64,000 nucleotides of DNA, taken from positions 744,001 to 808,000 of the forward strand of contig JBLDXI010000046.1 in the NCBI GenBank assembly GCA_047495785.1. The letters are read 5' to 3'. The notes beneath the pieces are model-generated. The model had not been told where the DNA came from. It searched no databases and was given only the letters and a program-made list of their open reading frames with translations. Below, one piece after another: positions 11,861-25,267 of the stretch (positions are counted from its first letter, which is position 1; each line of letters starts with the position of its first letter). The position numbers and the translations under genes are program-made. This DNA is from Lepidodermella squamata. Taxonomy: Eukaryota > Animalia > Gastrotricha.

Positions 11861-13869
11861 TCTTTTTTTTTTAAATGTTATATGGGTTGGACGCAACCAT
11901 GGGCGCTTTCACAGCGAATTTCGGGAACGCTATTTGATCCAGCGTATGCAACTGATAGCTGAAATCCCAGTAAACCCGCTGGCTACCCACGATAAGGAAT
12001 TTGAGTTTCAGGTACCCGCGAAATAGGGCTTACTTTTCTAGTCTGAAATCAGCCTATTGCCGCTCGACATCACAGGTGTAACTACGTCAAGGACATTCGA
12101 ATCGTAGCGAAGCCATCATTCTCTTTTCCGCCTTGTTACTGTCGACCTCCAGGTAGTGATTGAATACATCGTTTCACGGTGATACATACTTTCAAGCGTT
12201 TTCAATAGTGGGACTGTTATCTGAAGCCTTTACCTGATTTTTCATTAATGTTAACGTGATCGGTTCATACTTATTTAGCCTATTGGCTAATCCGTGTCCC
12301 TAATTGGTGATATGATATTTTGCTGGATTTCATAAATTTGAAGTCAGAGGGATTTTTCAAAAAGATGTGGAATCGCTACCGTAGTTGCCGTAGTTGACCG
12401 TGCCGGCAGTACGGTGCGAGTGCTATTATTTTCGCCAACATTGGCAATATTTTACTGAAAGAAAGTAATGAATGACTGCTGAGCATGCCGATGTCCCAAA
12501 TAAAGTAATGCTGATCAACGCTGTTAATATATAAACATATTAAATAAATAAACAGCCAGTGCGAATTCGGTTGCCGATGACCACACAAGAAGTTCTGTTT
12601 GGTCACGACGCTGAATAAAGCCGCATCGAATTTCGGTGCGAGGTGGTCACTTCCAATGCCATTGCGACGGGTTTTTGGCGAGCGAGACGGGTCAGGAAAT
12701 GGGAACGCAAGCTCTCTTGCGAATGCAAGAAGGTGGCCATAGAATGTAAAGCCGGTGTAACTCGGGTAGTAAAACCTTAACTATGCACACCTGACTTTCT
12801 GTCATTGCAATTTCTTGTTGTGTACCAAAAATTGGTAAAATTTACGATTTTGTGGACTTTAGATGTGTATTGTAAACAATAAGCGCTTTAAAACGTGTAT
12901 TGTACACATTATATAGCGTGTGGTTATGTATTGTCGACAATACACAATTGTCGACTTCAGATGTGACATATGCAACGAGGCGGTGGTGTTTTACTACGCC
13001 GGAGCAAGCGATTTAAGAGCAATTGTTCATAAGAGCAATTAATGAATGATAAATCAAGGAAAAAAGGGCACGCGAATTGATTTTTTGCATTTCTCCATCA
13101 AGCGAATCTCGACCGATTAAACTGCCTGAATCACTGTTTAACCGGCTCCCGTATTCACTTGATCGCCTTCAGAAAAAAATCAAAACACGTGCCACTTTTC
13201 TCCTTGATTTTAAACTCTCACAAGTCTTATTTTTTGCGTAGAGCAGAATAATTTTTATGTGTTTGTTAAGAAGTGTTAAGAAGAGTCCATATTACTGCTA
13301 TTAGTCCCAATGTTGATATAGCTATGTGATTCACCACAGTGCACCCACTTATTGGTGACTTTGGGCTTGAATACCAATCGACTTTATGACTAAGTTCACT
13401 CTAATCGATGAAAACGTCCTCCAATAATGGCCAATTTGTCAGAGGTTTTCTTATCTCGAACCTCAAACCGTCACTGCTATCGGGAGGTTTCTATTAGCAC
13501 TCAGCACTTAGCATGACTTTAACACCGTATCCCCAAATCTATAGCCAGCTTCTATTATTAGTTAAGTATGATTTCTCAAGCAATGACCTCATTTGCGGCC
13601 TTCAATATTGTCTCTCTATTGACCTGACATTTTATCGAGCCTGACATTTGTTATTTCAAACGACCTCCAATCACTGAAATATGTTTGAAACATTTCAGTC
13701 GTTTTATTTTTAGACACCTGGCCATTATGGCTTGTAAAGTCGGCCGTGCTTTTCAAGCAAGTTTTCAACTTTTTCTAATACCCGAAATTGTACCAGGACT
13801 GACGATCTTCAATTTTAGAAAATCTTCTGGCTTGGGCCTCGCTGGGTCATTAGCAATCTGTTTCTGTGC

Positions 13870-15363
13870 ATGTCAATCCTCTCCAAACTCATCTTTCGTC
13901 CACTGTGGAAGGCGATTGCGAATTGTGGAGAAAAACGTCGTGCCGATGTTTGTCTAAATCAGCAATTAATCAATTTATTAATCAATAATTTCAGAAAACG
14001 TTGTTGTTGGTGTTGACCGGTTTCGTGGACAATCAGCGGATCGCAGATGCGTATATCGAAGCAGAAAATCCAAAACAAGTTAGTCTATTGTCGATTGCAT
14101 TTAATAAGTCTTTCAGTCTGATAACCTAATTATACTATCTAGATTCGTATTACCGGCTATGGCATTTATAAGCTGGTTTGCTTTGACAGAGATCGAGAGG
14201 TAATTTCAGGAAATTTTGATGGAAGACTGGCTTCATCAATTATAATTTAAATATTTATTTTTAGACTCTTGCAATTCCTTTCAAGGTGAATGGCGTGCTT
14301 TCAAGTATGTTTCTTAGTAACAGCTCAAAGTTATTCCCAGATATACGCGTAGTAAAAGGTTGCCATGGGGAAGCTATCTATCGGAAATCTTTTTATTTGT
14401 CCTTCACTTTCCTTGCGCAATTTTTCAATCAATTTAGAGGCAACAAACATCTATCTAACAATCAAAAGCAAAATCGATAATCAGTAATAATAGAAAAAGG
14501 ATTGTTTGTTTATCTTCGGTTTGTTTTATTTTCGCTCTTCTCCTTTAGATGTTTTCAGCTACAAAGAAGTCCCTGGTCCTCATCAGCCGGTGAGTTCAAA
14601 GTGTCTTTTCATAATCGGATTGCATTGCTGAGGTGATGCTCGCAACGTTTATGACCGATTAAGGCTCAACTTTGATTCAAGCGGATTATTGTTTCAGGTC
14701 AGCTATCACAATGCCGAAGAATCGAACGACTCTTCCTCATCGGTAAAAAAATGACATAAAATAGTGACTTTTTTACACGTTTGATTTGCAGACTTCGCTT
14801 CTTGATGTGGAACCAGAGGAAGAAATGGCTTTTGATAGCAAGTTGGATACCGAAACCTTGCCAACTCTGGTTTGTATTGCTGTGTTGCGTGTATGAGATA
14901 TCGTTTTATTACATACTTATCATATAGAGCGATCTATCCGACTCGGGGACGAACTCTGGTGGGTCTTACTTGCCTGAACTGTCTAGCTGTTCAAAATCTC
15001 AATCCGGTCAGCATGGAACGGTAGGCTTTCCCCATCGCACATGCATTATTTGCGGGTCAAAGATATCGGCCCGAGTATGGCTCAACTGCAATTCAAACTA
15101 AACAATTTTTTTTATAGGTTACCGAACTGGCCACCGAAGAATTTAAAAAGGACTGTGCAATTCAGACCACCGAAGTAGTTCGAGTCGACTGTGCAACTCA
15201 GGTCATCGAACAATTTCGAGTCGAACTGACGATGCAGGCGATTCAAGGCGCCGCATTGGCGTCACATGATGACATGTTCCCCATCAATGCCGAGCAAGCT
15301 GCGAATGGCGATCAACCACTTGCTAACATTTTGCTCGATGCGTTCCAAGATGAGGATGACTAG
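13870..15363 (+). CDS. Paralog P3: beta module, linker and acidic tail with TQT-like repeats
   Basis: Exons 13870-13947 (tentative start), 13995-14078, 14143-14199 (IRITGYGIYKLVCFDRDRE), 14265-14304, 14549-14589 (NVFSYKE), 14698-14742, 14792-14869, 14928-15020, 15118-15363. All GT-AG, frame open throughout. Confidence 0.75.
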
Positions 15364-15555
15364 CTGATGAATGAGTGATCTCGGCGGAACCAGTAAAACC
15401 ACTCCTTTCTGATTGGTCGAAAGTATTGAAAATTATAGTCCGGATATGCAGGATCAAAGTCCAACTTATTGATAGAAACAAGTTCGTGATTCCGTCATTT
15501 CGTCATCATCGTTAATCTTTAAAAAAAATAAAATTAAAAAAAAACTAGCCTAATG

Positions 15556-15622
15556 GAGGTGGGCTCGAACTATGGATCTTCTGAGATAGCGCATCACCGC
15601 TAACCGCACTTCGCTACCACGT
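15556..15622 (-). other. Degenerate tRNA-like Pol III element (SINE head or tRNA pseudogene)
   Basis: Minus strand GTGGTAGCGAAGTGCGGTTAGCG (A-box-like)...GTTCGAGCCC (B-box), followed by T-runs. The T-stem does not pair, so it is not a functional tRNA. Confidence 0.5.
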
Positions 15623-15744
15623 TCGTTAGAGAATAAGAGCCCATGGGGAAAGTCTATACCGTTCCATGCTGACCGGATTGAGATTTTGAACAGCTAGACA
15701 GTTCAGGTTGGCATATAGTCCGGATATGCAGGATCAAAGTCCAC

Positions 15745-17760
15745 AATGACGTGGGCATAGGGCAGATGGGCGCTTGCCACTGCAACTTGAGTGAAACGCA
15801 TGGAAATTTATCACTGACAGCGGAAGTGAACGCAGTTGAAATATAAGTCATTGGAGCCATTGGAAAAGTAAAACGGAATCACATATGTAAATTGTTTGAG
15901 GGGGCCCGGCGGCAGATGAGAATTTAGCAGCACCACAGGTTCAGACGTGGCGACGAGGCTGAATTGCTGAACTGCAGACGCCACATCCTCACACAGAGAG
16001 GCAAGACGTAGCGAGGAGCCAGCGTTACCAACATAGAGGCTTTGACACGTTTTGTAGGCTGGTAGCTCGTGTAGGCTGGGTAGGCTGGGCATGCGACAGC
16101 GTAGCTCAAGGGTGGAGATCCGGACACGGTCATCCATGCTCGGTGCTCCATGCTCGTGTAAAAATTCTCGGAGGCAATTGTTGGGAGCACTTCAAGACGC
16201 CGAAGCTGGGTATTGGTGGCAATGTCGAACGCAACAGACCCGAATGTGGCAATGAAGCGAGCGAGAGAATGTAGCACGGCACCAACGCGACAGCATAGGG
16301 CGGCGCACAACCATGTGAAAACACTACAAATTGCGACCATAGCGGTTGAGGACGCAATCGATGTGAGGGTTTCAGGTGAGCTTTTCGTCGAAGGAGAGAC
16401 CGAGAATTCGCAACGCAGGTATGGCGGTGTCCTGGAGCCGCCGAGAAAACGCGATAACTTAGCTTTTCGCAGCGTTGAATTGCTGGCGCCAATAGCAGGC
16501 CCAAGCGGCGATGCGGTCGACTTCTGCCTATGAGCGCGCGCTTCAGCCTCCGGGAAAGTAGCGCCCGTACCGACGAAGGTCAGATTATCGGCGTAGTCGG
16601 CCAGGGAGGTTCCAGAGGCACTCAGGGAGCATAGCCGGTCGCTAGTGTATATAATGTGGAGGGGCGGAGACAGCGGGGACCCTTGCGGAACACCACACTG
16701 TAATCGGACCTGCCGACTACGGAAACCGGCAGCACCTGGAGCTTACGATAGCGCAAGCATTCGGCGAGTTACCCAATGAGGTTACGCGGCAGGGGCAACT
16801 GGCCAAGCTTGTGGACCAATCCGAATCATAGGCGGCCTTCACATCGAGACCAACACCGACCATCTTCCGCTTGTCCGAGCAGCCCTGTTGCACGCGGTGG
16901 GAGTTACGAACTGGACGCCGTTACGAGCTATGGTATCTGACTTGGTATTGTGGTATCTGGCGCCAACAGCGTGGTGGGAAGCCGCGACGACGCCGTCTTG
17001 TCCGACTTGCGCACGTCCACGGCGACTGCCTCCTTCCAATCCGGTGTACTGGCTGCCGAGGCACATAAAGTAGAGCAGACGAAGGTGAGTCTGTGAAGGC
17101 ACATCGCCCCGCTTAGAATAGACGTCGATATCAGTAACCTTGCAAGGGGTCAGGTTATTAATTGCCCTCGCTGGCACACGCTGGCTTACACTGAATTCCT
17201 GCGTACCCGGTAGGCGAATCACGTCATTAGGCTGGAGGGCATCAAGGTCGGTTGACATAAGATTCTCGAGCTCGAGACACCGCTGACGGACAAGAGCGTC
17301 GACAGAAACGTCACAGTAAGGGTACATAGTAACGGTACAGCTCGTTGGCGAGATCGGGGTAAATGAGAGCCGTCGGACAAAGCCATAGGACCGGTCGAGC
17401 ATGCCCAGACGCACCCAGGCGTCACGGTAGCGCAGTTGTGCAGAGGGCCTCAGCTTGTCGCAGATTGGCTACAACGCGACCATACTCGTGTCGCTGCTTG
17501 GCACCACGAAATGCTGCATCGAGCCGCATGACTCCAGCCGCAAGAACTGGATCAACGTGATTGCCCAAGAACGCGTTCTGACTTGTAAGAGCCCGCATCT
17601 CAGGAGTCATGGATATTTTGCTCAGCACGCTGCGGTCACAAATAGGAAAGTGAAGGCGTCTTGCTCCTACGATGGCAGCGTTGATTGCAAGCAAAAGTCA
17701 TTGCGCCATCGATCGGAGATATACTTTTTGCACAAGAACCGTGGTCCATTTGATCAAGGA
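15745..17760 (-). mobile_element. Decayed LINE ORF2 related to the intact element at 38-43 kb
   Basis: Minus-strand frames give MTPEMRAL (cf. LTPEIATK), GLDVKAAYDS, CGVPQGSPLSPPLHIIYTSD, DYADNLTF and DKFP (cf. DKCP); many frameshifts. Confidence 0.85.
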
Positions 17761-18889
17761 CTTATCTATTCTTTTGGGGTGGGTAGTGGCAAAATAAGGA
17801 GTATAAAATTGATTTCAAAAGTTTAAAAATATAATGCTATAATGCTCGAAATTTGGAGTTGGGTTTTCCAATTTTGGGGATGGGTTGGGGGTATGGGTTG
17901 GGCATGGCGAGCTGAGAGCGCAACTACCTACCTCGTGAAACAACGACTAGGGAGCAGCTCACTCTCAAAAGACAAAAGACGAAGGCTGCACAGGGACCTG
18001 AGGATTTCCCGTTTCTTCGAACCCAGATTGCGGCTCGGCTAGAGCCGTTCCAGTAAGGCGGAGCTTGTGAGAAAATCGCGAGCTTACGCTCTAGCTCACC
18101 TCCATCACTATGGAAACGTGGGCTTTGTTGTTGCCATGGAGATTATTTATCAAAATAGTTTTCTCATAAATCATATTTGCATGCATTAAATTATTTGCGA
18201 AATTTTATATCGGTGACAACTTTCGGCGCGTATTATGTTTTTCATTTTCTGCTAAAGCTTGCAGCAGGCAAAAATCCAACAGGTTGATTCACTGATCATT
18301 ACTAATCCAACTAACTCAGTTGTGGGCAGCTGTATTGTGGTTTGTAAAAATTTGTCATAACCTCAACTTCCGAGCACCCAAGTTTCTCCAGGACACTCTG
18401 TAAGTTGCCCCACCGTTCAGATACGATGTTTTCACGTGAATCGAGCTGCCCAATGCTTGCATTGCTCAATACTCATTTTCAACCCGAAGAGTTATTCAAT
18501 GGCAATAGGCCGTAATTTATTCTTCCGTTCTAATTTTCTCAAACTGATGCGCCCAGGCATATCGTCGAGTGACTGGCGGTTGGGATTATTTATCCATCTC
18601 CACATTTATTCATTACATTCGTTATCATCATAGAGCAGATCACTGATGCGTGCGTCGAAATTAGCTGATAGATTACTATGAGAAGACACATTCGCATTCG
18701 TGCTTGATTTAATCTAATTTGGTCTCTGGGGATCTTTGGGTTTTCGGAAGTTGGAGATATTGCGAATTATCGAGCTCGAGGCTGCGATTTTTTGCATTAC
18801 ACCAATAATTAGAAGTTACCTTTTAGCAAATGACTCTTCTCATGGCTTGGTTACTTATCATGCTTTATTTTTCTTGACATTTCGTTTAG

Positions 18890-21800
18890 GCTAAAGTTAT
18901 GATCGGCAACGGGCATGCGTTTGTGGTTACCTGCGTGAAAGGTCAAGAAGTTTATCTTGCGGGCCTTTCAGGAAATAATTTGGTAAGTAAAATTAATCCC
19001 ATCAATTGTAATTAAATGCCCTGTGCGTCATAACAGATCTTGACAATACCAATAGATGAGCGTCGCCGTCTCAAGGTTTGTTTTAACAGTAGTTACTTCC
19101 TTAGCTTATTCAATCCTCGGGTATTCGGATTTTTCTATCAAACAGCTGCAGGTGAAGCTGTCATAAGTAAGGCTTAGGTAATACGCTGGGAATTTTGCAT
19201 CGTGTCGATGTCTTGTTATATCTGGCCTGTTCGCGTTCACTGTACTTCCTATTTACGTACAACTGATTTATTAGGATATGCTTGTTGATTGTGTTGCTAT
19301 CTGCTTAATTACTTTTTTCTAGCCGATATCGGTCATGGTCGAAGATGAGAGAAAGCAACTGCTCACAAGTAAGATTTTCGTAAAATTTCAAGAGCTTGTT
19401 TTTTACATTTCTAAAATTCAAGTACCACTTCAATTCCTGTTTGACAATGATGTTAATAAAGTAAGTAATTCCAAATCTGCTTGGATGTAGAACTCAAAGC
19501 TGATGTCTTTATTTCAGACTCGGCAAGGCATCAAGACTCACGAGCAACAGCAATTTGGAACTGCTCAGCCTCGAAACGATTCTCAGACCTCTGATGATTC
19601 TTGCCTGGTAGGGGCTGTCTTAATCAAATCGTATAGGGTTTGATTTTATCTTTTATTTTAGAATGGCATTCATGGACCGGTATGTTATGAGCTCCAGCTC
19701 CATATTTTAGACTTTCAACCCTTGCCTATGGTAGCTGGACGAAGAAATCGAGACGCTATCGAAACAAACTGGAGCGGTTTATGCTGTGGAAAGCCCGGTT
19801 GCACCCGGTAACTCGTCCTCGGTTAGTTTTCGTGCGATTTTTTTTGACAAATTTTGAGCACTAGTTTTAAACTTGCAGACTGACAATTCTCATGTGCTGC
19901 CGAATTCTCAGGGAATTGAATCGGTAATTTCAATTTTGTTCGTTGAATTTTATCCTAAATTTTTTAATTTTGCAGACAGAAAAGCACTGTGACCTCTTCG
20001 ATGATTTCGAGGTAGCTTGAATCTGGTTTCCTGGAGGCTGGTTTTATTTTCACAATTCTTATAGGAACCTGAAGATGGTGTAAAGCCAGTCGATCAGTCG
20101 AGCCCGGCCGATCCGTCAACCAGCTTTGAGGTACATTAAGCTTGACGTTTTAGCTAATCTTCAGATATTGAGGAATGAGAGAGCGAGCAAAAAATATTTA
20201 AGTTCATAAACCTACCGAAAATAGCGAATTATTAGGCATTGTCTCGTATATTTTTGGAATGATGCTCCAAGGAAATTTGACTTTTGGCCATGCCAATTGA
20301 CGAGATTAAAATAGCAAAATTAAAGGTTTGCAGGCGTTGAATTAAATTAAGCAGGCTGAATAAATATGAGCGCTGCTTCATAACTGTGAGATATCTGATT
20401 TTCCTAGAATTTGTGAGAATTTTTCTATTTTGCCACAAAGCGTTCTTGAGCTAACCTTGCAAAACTTGAGGGTAAGTTTGGCATTGAGATCTTTAAGATT
20501 CGCTATTGAAATTTGGGCCGAATTTTGAAGTAACAAATAACCTCTGTTAGTTCAATGACCCTCGATTCTTTGCGTTTTTTTTTCTAAAAAAAATGTATAA
20601 TTTTAATATTTTGGTAAACCAAAAACGTGATATTCAAAATCTTCGAAAATTCGCCGGAAATAAAAGCTAAATATATGGGGTAAATTTAATTCATCAGTAT
20701 AAGAATTTGAAAATTCTACGACCGATAACGAAAACAAATTTGTAAAAAATTGAATTGGCCATTTTCACTCTGGATTCAGCGATGGCATTGCTGTCCAATT
20801 AAAAAAAATGAAAAAGTTTCAATTAATTTCAGCTCGCCTTAAGTTTTGTATTCGTGGCGTCATAGTCAGGTAAACTTTGTATATATATCGCGTTTAAGAT
20901 TTTCGTGGAATATACCTAATAAATGATTTAGATCTTGAATCATAGTTAACTCATAGTTGGCTCGGTTAGATTTTCCAATTTTAACAAGTGGGTCGCGGCA
21001 ACCTCACAACTCTGCCTTGCGTGATGACACTTATTCTTTCCTAATTTTTCTATAGCCTCCATCAATGCAAGTTGGCGATGAGTCATTCAGCTATTCAGAG
21101 GCTGCTGATTCAGCATTTGAGACGACACTGTCAAATTCAACTGACCGAAACGAGTACATGGTTCGTTTGTTTGGCCTTGTAAAAATGTGAAAATATTAAG
21201 ACCCAATCGATATTATTTGCCTAATTACTTCAGAGCTAAGGTTAGGGTTGGGGTTGAAGCTCCAGCGGTAGATAATCCGGCTTTTTACTCGATTCGTTCT
21301 CCAAAACCAAGGACCTATCAGAACCCGCGTGTCCCATAAATTGCGCAACTCTATTTTTGGATTTTGTCCATTATATTTAAATAATATCTGAAATTAAAAT
21401 ACTGGGACAATCTTAATTAAAAGAAATTGAAAATTTACCGGAAAAAACCCGGAAACCCCCGATGCTAACTGGTTCGGTAAAATTTCGGTATTTTTCCCGG
21501 TTTAGCTGAATTTCTCCGGATTTTTAAGTGACATACCTGATTACTATTCTCATGAAATTTTCAATTTTTCCGGATTTCTGTGTTTTGGCCTAGTTTCAGA
21601 CACTACCAAATACGTCAAGCATAACACTGCCGATTAAGGTGAAGAACATCAGGTCAACCGTAACAAGGGCCAAATTCAGGAAAAAATCGTTATTCACGTG
21701 GTCAGCACTCAGCTTTAAAGTTTACCCTTAATATTCGGGTCGTTTTTTTAGGAAAATAGAAAATCGATGGCGTATCGTGCTTTCCGCTCGGGATTTGTTT

Positions 21801-22923
21801 GCCACCTCAATCTCAAAACATTGTTTGTAAATATAAATTTTTTAACCTCTGATAGAATGATTTAGTTTTATCCGACCAATGTTTTATTTCATCCGACAAC
21901 CAAACATGTGATTAAAATCATCCGAAATGAAAATATCAATTTTCTCAATTTTCCCCGAGTTCGATTTTTCCTCAGGGTTATGCACCCTATTTTGGCCCCT
22001 GAACCGGCAGAATTTTATGGTGAAAATTTATAGTGATTTATATTTTTTACGGTAATTTTTTGAAAATATGAAAAAGCAAGTCGGCAGGTTTTAGTCACAT
22101 TTAATCAAAGTAAGACATTGGTCGGATGAAAAAAAAATTCTCCGATTTAACTTGAATTTTTTAAATAATTTGACCGTGTCTCAGATGAATTTTTTTTCTT
22201 GTCCTACAGCCTTCATCATCCCAGGATGGCGATCGAGCTGAGTCGGTTAGCTTTCCTATGCAAATTTGGTTCATTTTTAGTAATCTTCTTCATTTTAGGC
22301 TGAATCGGGAATTGACGTTTCATCTCAGAATTCAGCTGAAATTGAGTACACGGTTCGTTTTTCTAATTTAAAAATGAAAAATTCAAAAATAATGAGATGA
22401 AAATTTCTCATTAATTATTCCCCGTCTCTTTTTACAGGAAGACGATTTCGAGAAGGACTTTGGGCGATATTGTGAGGAATCGAAGCCCCGCAAATATCAT
22501 CACACGTCTCCTATTCTGGCTAAAGTCCTCTTCCAAGCTCAAAGCAACGGCGAAAAGGATTTTTACAATCCTGAGATCCAGGCGCTGGCTGAGACAATAC
22601 AAAATGTTGTGTATGAAAAGCACAAACCAAAGATTGAACGATTTGTGAATAATCATAAAAATGACGGATCGGTTAAAGAGGAAGTGAAGTTTGTTGAGAA
22701 ATTTTTGAAAAAATTTGAATCACGCCCGAAATCTAAAGCCCTCTCTGACGAGATGAAAAACTACTTCCCGTCTCTGCCGTTCCAGAAAAACGAAGGGATA
22801 GGGAAGCTGCGCGGTAATACGAAGCGCTTAGCTGAGTTAGCTACCAATTCTTTGCTGAATGAACTGTATGATGAAACGAATGATCTGTGCAAGATTTGCA
22901 AAATTTGCAAAACCAGTGATTGA
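18890..22923 (+). CDS. Paralog P4: divergent beta module, micro-exon linker, H..H..CxxC domain
   Basis: Exons 18890-18982, 19037-19075, 19323-19368, 19423-19460, 19518-19607, 19662-19679, 19735-19821, 19879-19923, 19976-20011, 20065-20130, 21056-21160, 22210-22245, 22299-22352, 22438-22923 (...YHH...EKH...DETNDLCKICKIC). Frame open. Start exon and possible extra exons near 21600-21830 uncertain. Confidence 0.75.
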
Positions 22924-23700
22924 AACTCTGCCTTAATGCTATGCGCGGATGTTCACTCTGCTTCACGACTATCGCTGCTTAGAATAATTATCATGTTGTA
23001 TTTTTGTTTGAACTTCACGCACAGAAAACGAGATTTTCGACTGACAACGAAGTCGTTAACAGTTTAATCTTTTATCTATATTTAAATTTTTTTGGTTACG
23101 TTATTTTGTTGACAAAAAAATGACTGTCCTTAAACTATGACGCCCGAGTGAAACTTTGCATCTATTTCTTTCACGAGTTTTAATTCAACTCGGTTTTAAA
23201 TTTCGGGTCGAAAACGATGTTCGATGCTTTATTATTGTGTTTATTATTATTGTGTTTATTGTCTAGTCTGAAATCATTGAGTCTCGTTGTTACACTATTT
23301 TGTGCGCAAATTATCGTGTCTGGGTGATACCTGACTCGAGTGAACGGGTGTTGTAAATTATGGCCGGTTGCGAGACTGTGGTATATGTCTATGTTTCATA
23401 AAATGACGTTAAATACCGCTGAATACACCGATGTGCCCAAGTTGACGCGATATTATTCCTACCGCCAATACTTATAATCGAATAAAATACTTTCTCAAGA
23501 TTTGTTTTTTCTTTGGATTTTTTCAGAAATTTATTGGATAAATTTGAGAAGCTATGAACTTCCTTTGTAACCTGAACCTTTTTGCGATTTGAATGCTGAC
23601 TTGAATTTCCCTTGGTTTTACCGATTGAATGAGGATGTTGATGAAGTAGGCAATTTTGCTTATGTGGAAATGAAAAAGCTGAAAACGTCTTTTTATTCAG

Positions 23701-23883
23701 GCTCTGAATCCGACCCGAAGTTTCGAAAAATTTATTGGGAGCACTGCTTATGGAAGCGAAGGAGATGAATCGGTAAATTCAATACTCGAATTTGTTTGTA
23801 GGAATCGATTGATTTCGAAACTTTATCCTCCAAATTTTCGCCTTTGGAGGCAGAAAATGCGGGGACTTGTTGCTTAGTTATGA
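23701..23883 (+). pseudogene. Orphan P4-like linker exons downstream of P4
   Basis: Donor contexts gaatcg|gtaaattcaat and gag|gtagcttgaat match P4 junctions at 19923 and 20011. Confidence 0.4.
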
Positions 23884-24080
23884 GGTAGCTTGAATTTCGC
23901 TGATGCTGGTTAAATTTGGATGTTATGAAGATCGTTCGTTAGTCAACCATCAACTAGCCGTGGGGTATGTTGAACGGACGTCTAGCGCTTTTTGATTAAT
24001 TACCGTAAATATCGGTAGCTATCGAATAAATCGAATTCAGAACTCATGCTTCGCCTAGAATTCGTAGAATTATTCAAAAA

Positions 24081-24264
24081 GGTAAAGTGTAACTTCGTAC
24101 CCGCAATTTCATACCGCTGTCATTTCGTACCAAAAGCGGTAATCTTTTCATAACATTTTTTGTGATTTTTTTCATACCAAAAGCAATGCGAGGATTAGAA
24201 TCACGATGTCACTTGTACGAAATGACCACGATATGAATTTTCCGGTACGAACTTGCACTAAATC
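24081..24264. mobile_element. Small MITE, imperfect TIRs, 8-bp TSD
   Basis: ggtaaagtgtaacttcgtacc ... ggtacgaacttgcactaaatc, flanked by TTCAAAAA on both sides. Confidence 0.65.
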
Positions 24265-25267
24265 TTCAAAAAATGACTATTGGCATATGTCGACTTAGGT
24301 TCCGCTACAGCATATTTGGTTTCGCTAAAATATATTCTGTAATTTTACTTAATTTTCGGGTTAACCGTGTTTGACTAACCTTGGAGTTCCAAAGTTCGCC
24401 CTCGAAATTTAGGTGCAATATTGAATAGTGATGATGATGAATGGATTTAAAAAAAAAATGAAAAATTCCAAAATTGCCAAAAGTAGAGTGAAAAATTGAA
24501 AAAAATCGAATTTCGCGGTGGTGAATATACACGGCAAAATTTTCCGAATTTATACTTCTCGAACAGCAAAAATTCATATTTCGATCTCAGCTACATTTTT
24601 TAAATTTTTTTGTAATTTTAAGGGGGCTGGGATTCTGCATTTAGAAATTTCCCATGAAATAATTTAGTACATTTTATATATTAATCACTTATAATATTAC
24701 CAGTGTTATAAGCCTTATCAGCTCTGAAAACCTAAGTGCGTAATATTAAAAATCGGCGAAGTTTTCATTTAGCAAATTTAGGTATAAATGTACGATCAGA
24801 GCTCTCTAATTATTCCAGTTGAACAAAATTACTGAAACGCCTTGAAATATTCTGAGATTTGCGCGAATTGAGAATCTACTTCTCATCTATCATCCACCCT
24901 TTTCATATTATATTTCTCATTTTTCCCCAGAAAAATGCGATTATCCGGTTGTGAGTTATTTAAGCGATAAGCGCGATAATACGCCCACTGGAAAGCTGCT
25001 AGCTACTAGTTGCTAGCTTTTGGTTACTAGCAATTAGTCATAGATTACTACATTGTTCTACGCAGCTTATTTTTCTAATCTCGGTTTTGTGTCGTGAAAA
25101 ACATGACTTGTGATCAGCGGAATGCCATTGCAGCTTTACCTTTAGCCCAAAAATATCACCAGAAATGGCGATTGGGCTCTAACTCTGTCCGTCCTTCCAT
25201 CAGCGGCCTTTGACTTTTAATTTCTCTAAACGTTGATCAATTTAGATTTCGGCCTTTAGCGAGCACA

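Noticed and set aside
15556-15622. Functional tRNA gene
   Set aside because: A and B boxes are present but the T-stem and cloverleaf do not pair.
16839-17414. 191-aa ORF as a novel gene
   Set aside because: Lies inside the decayed LINE ORF2; partly frameshifted LINE sequence.
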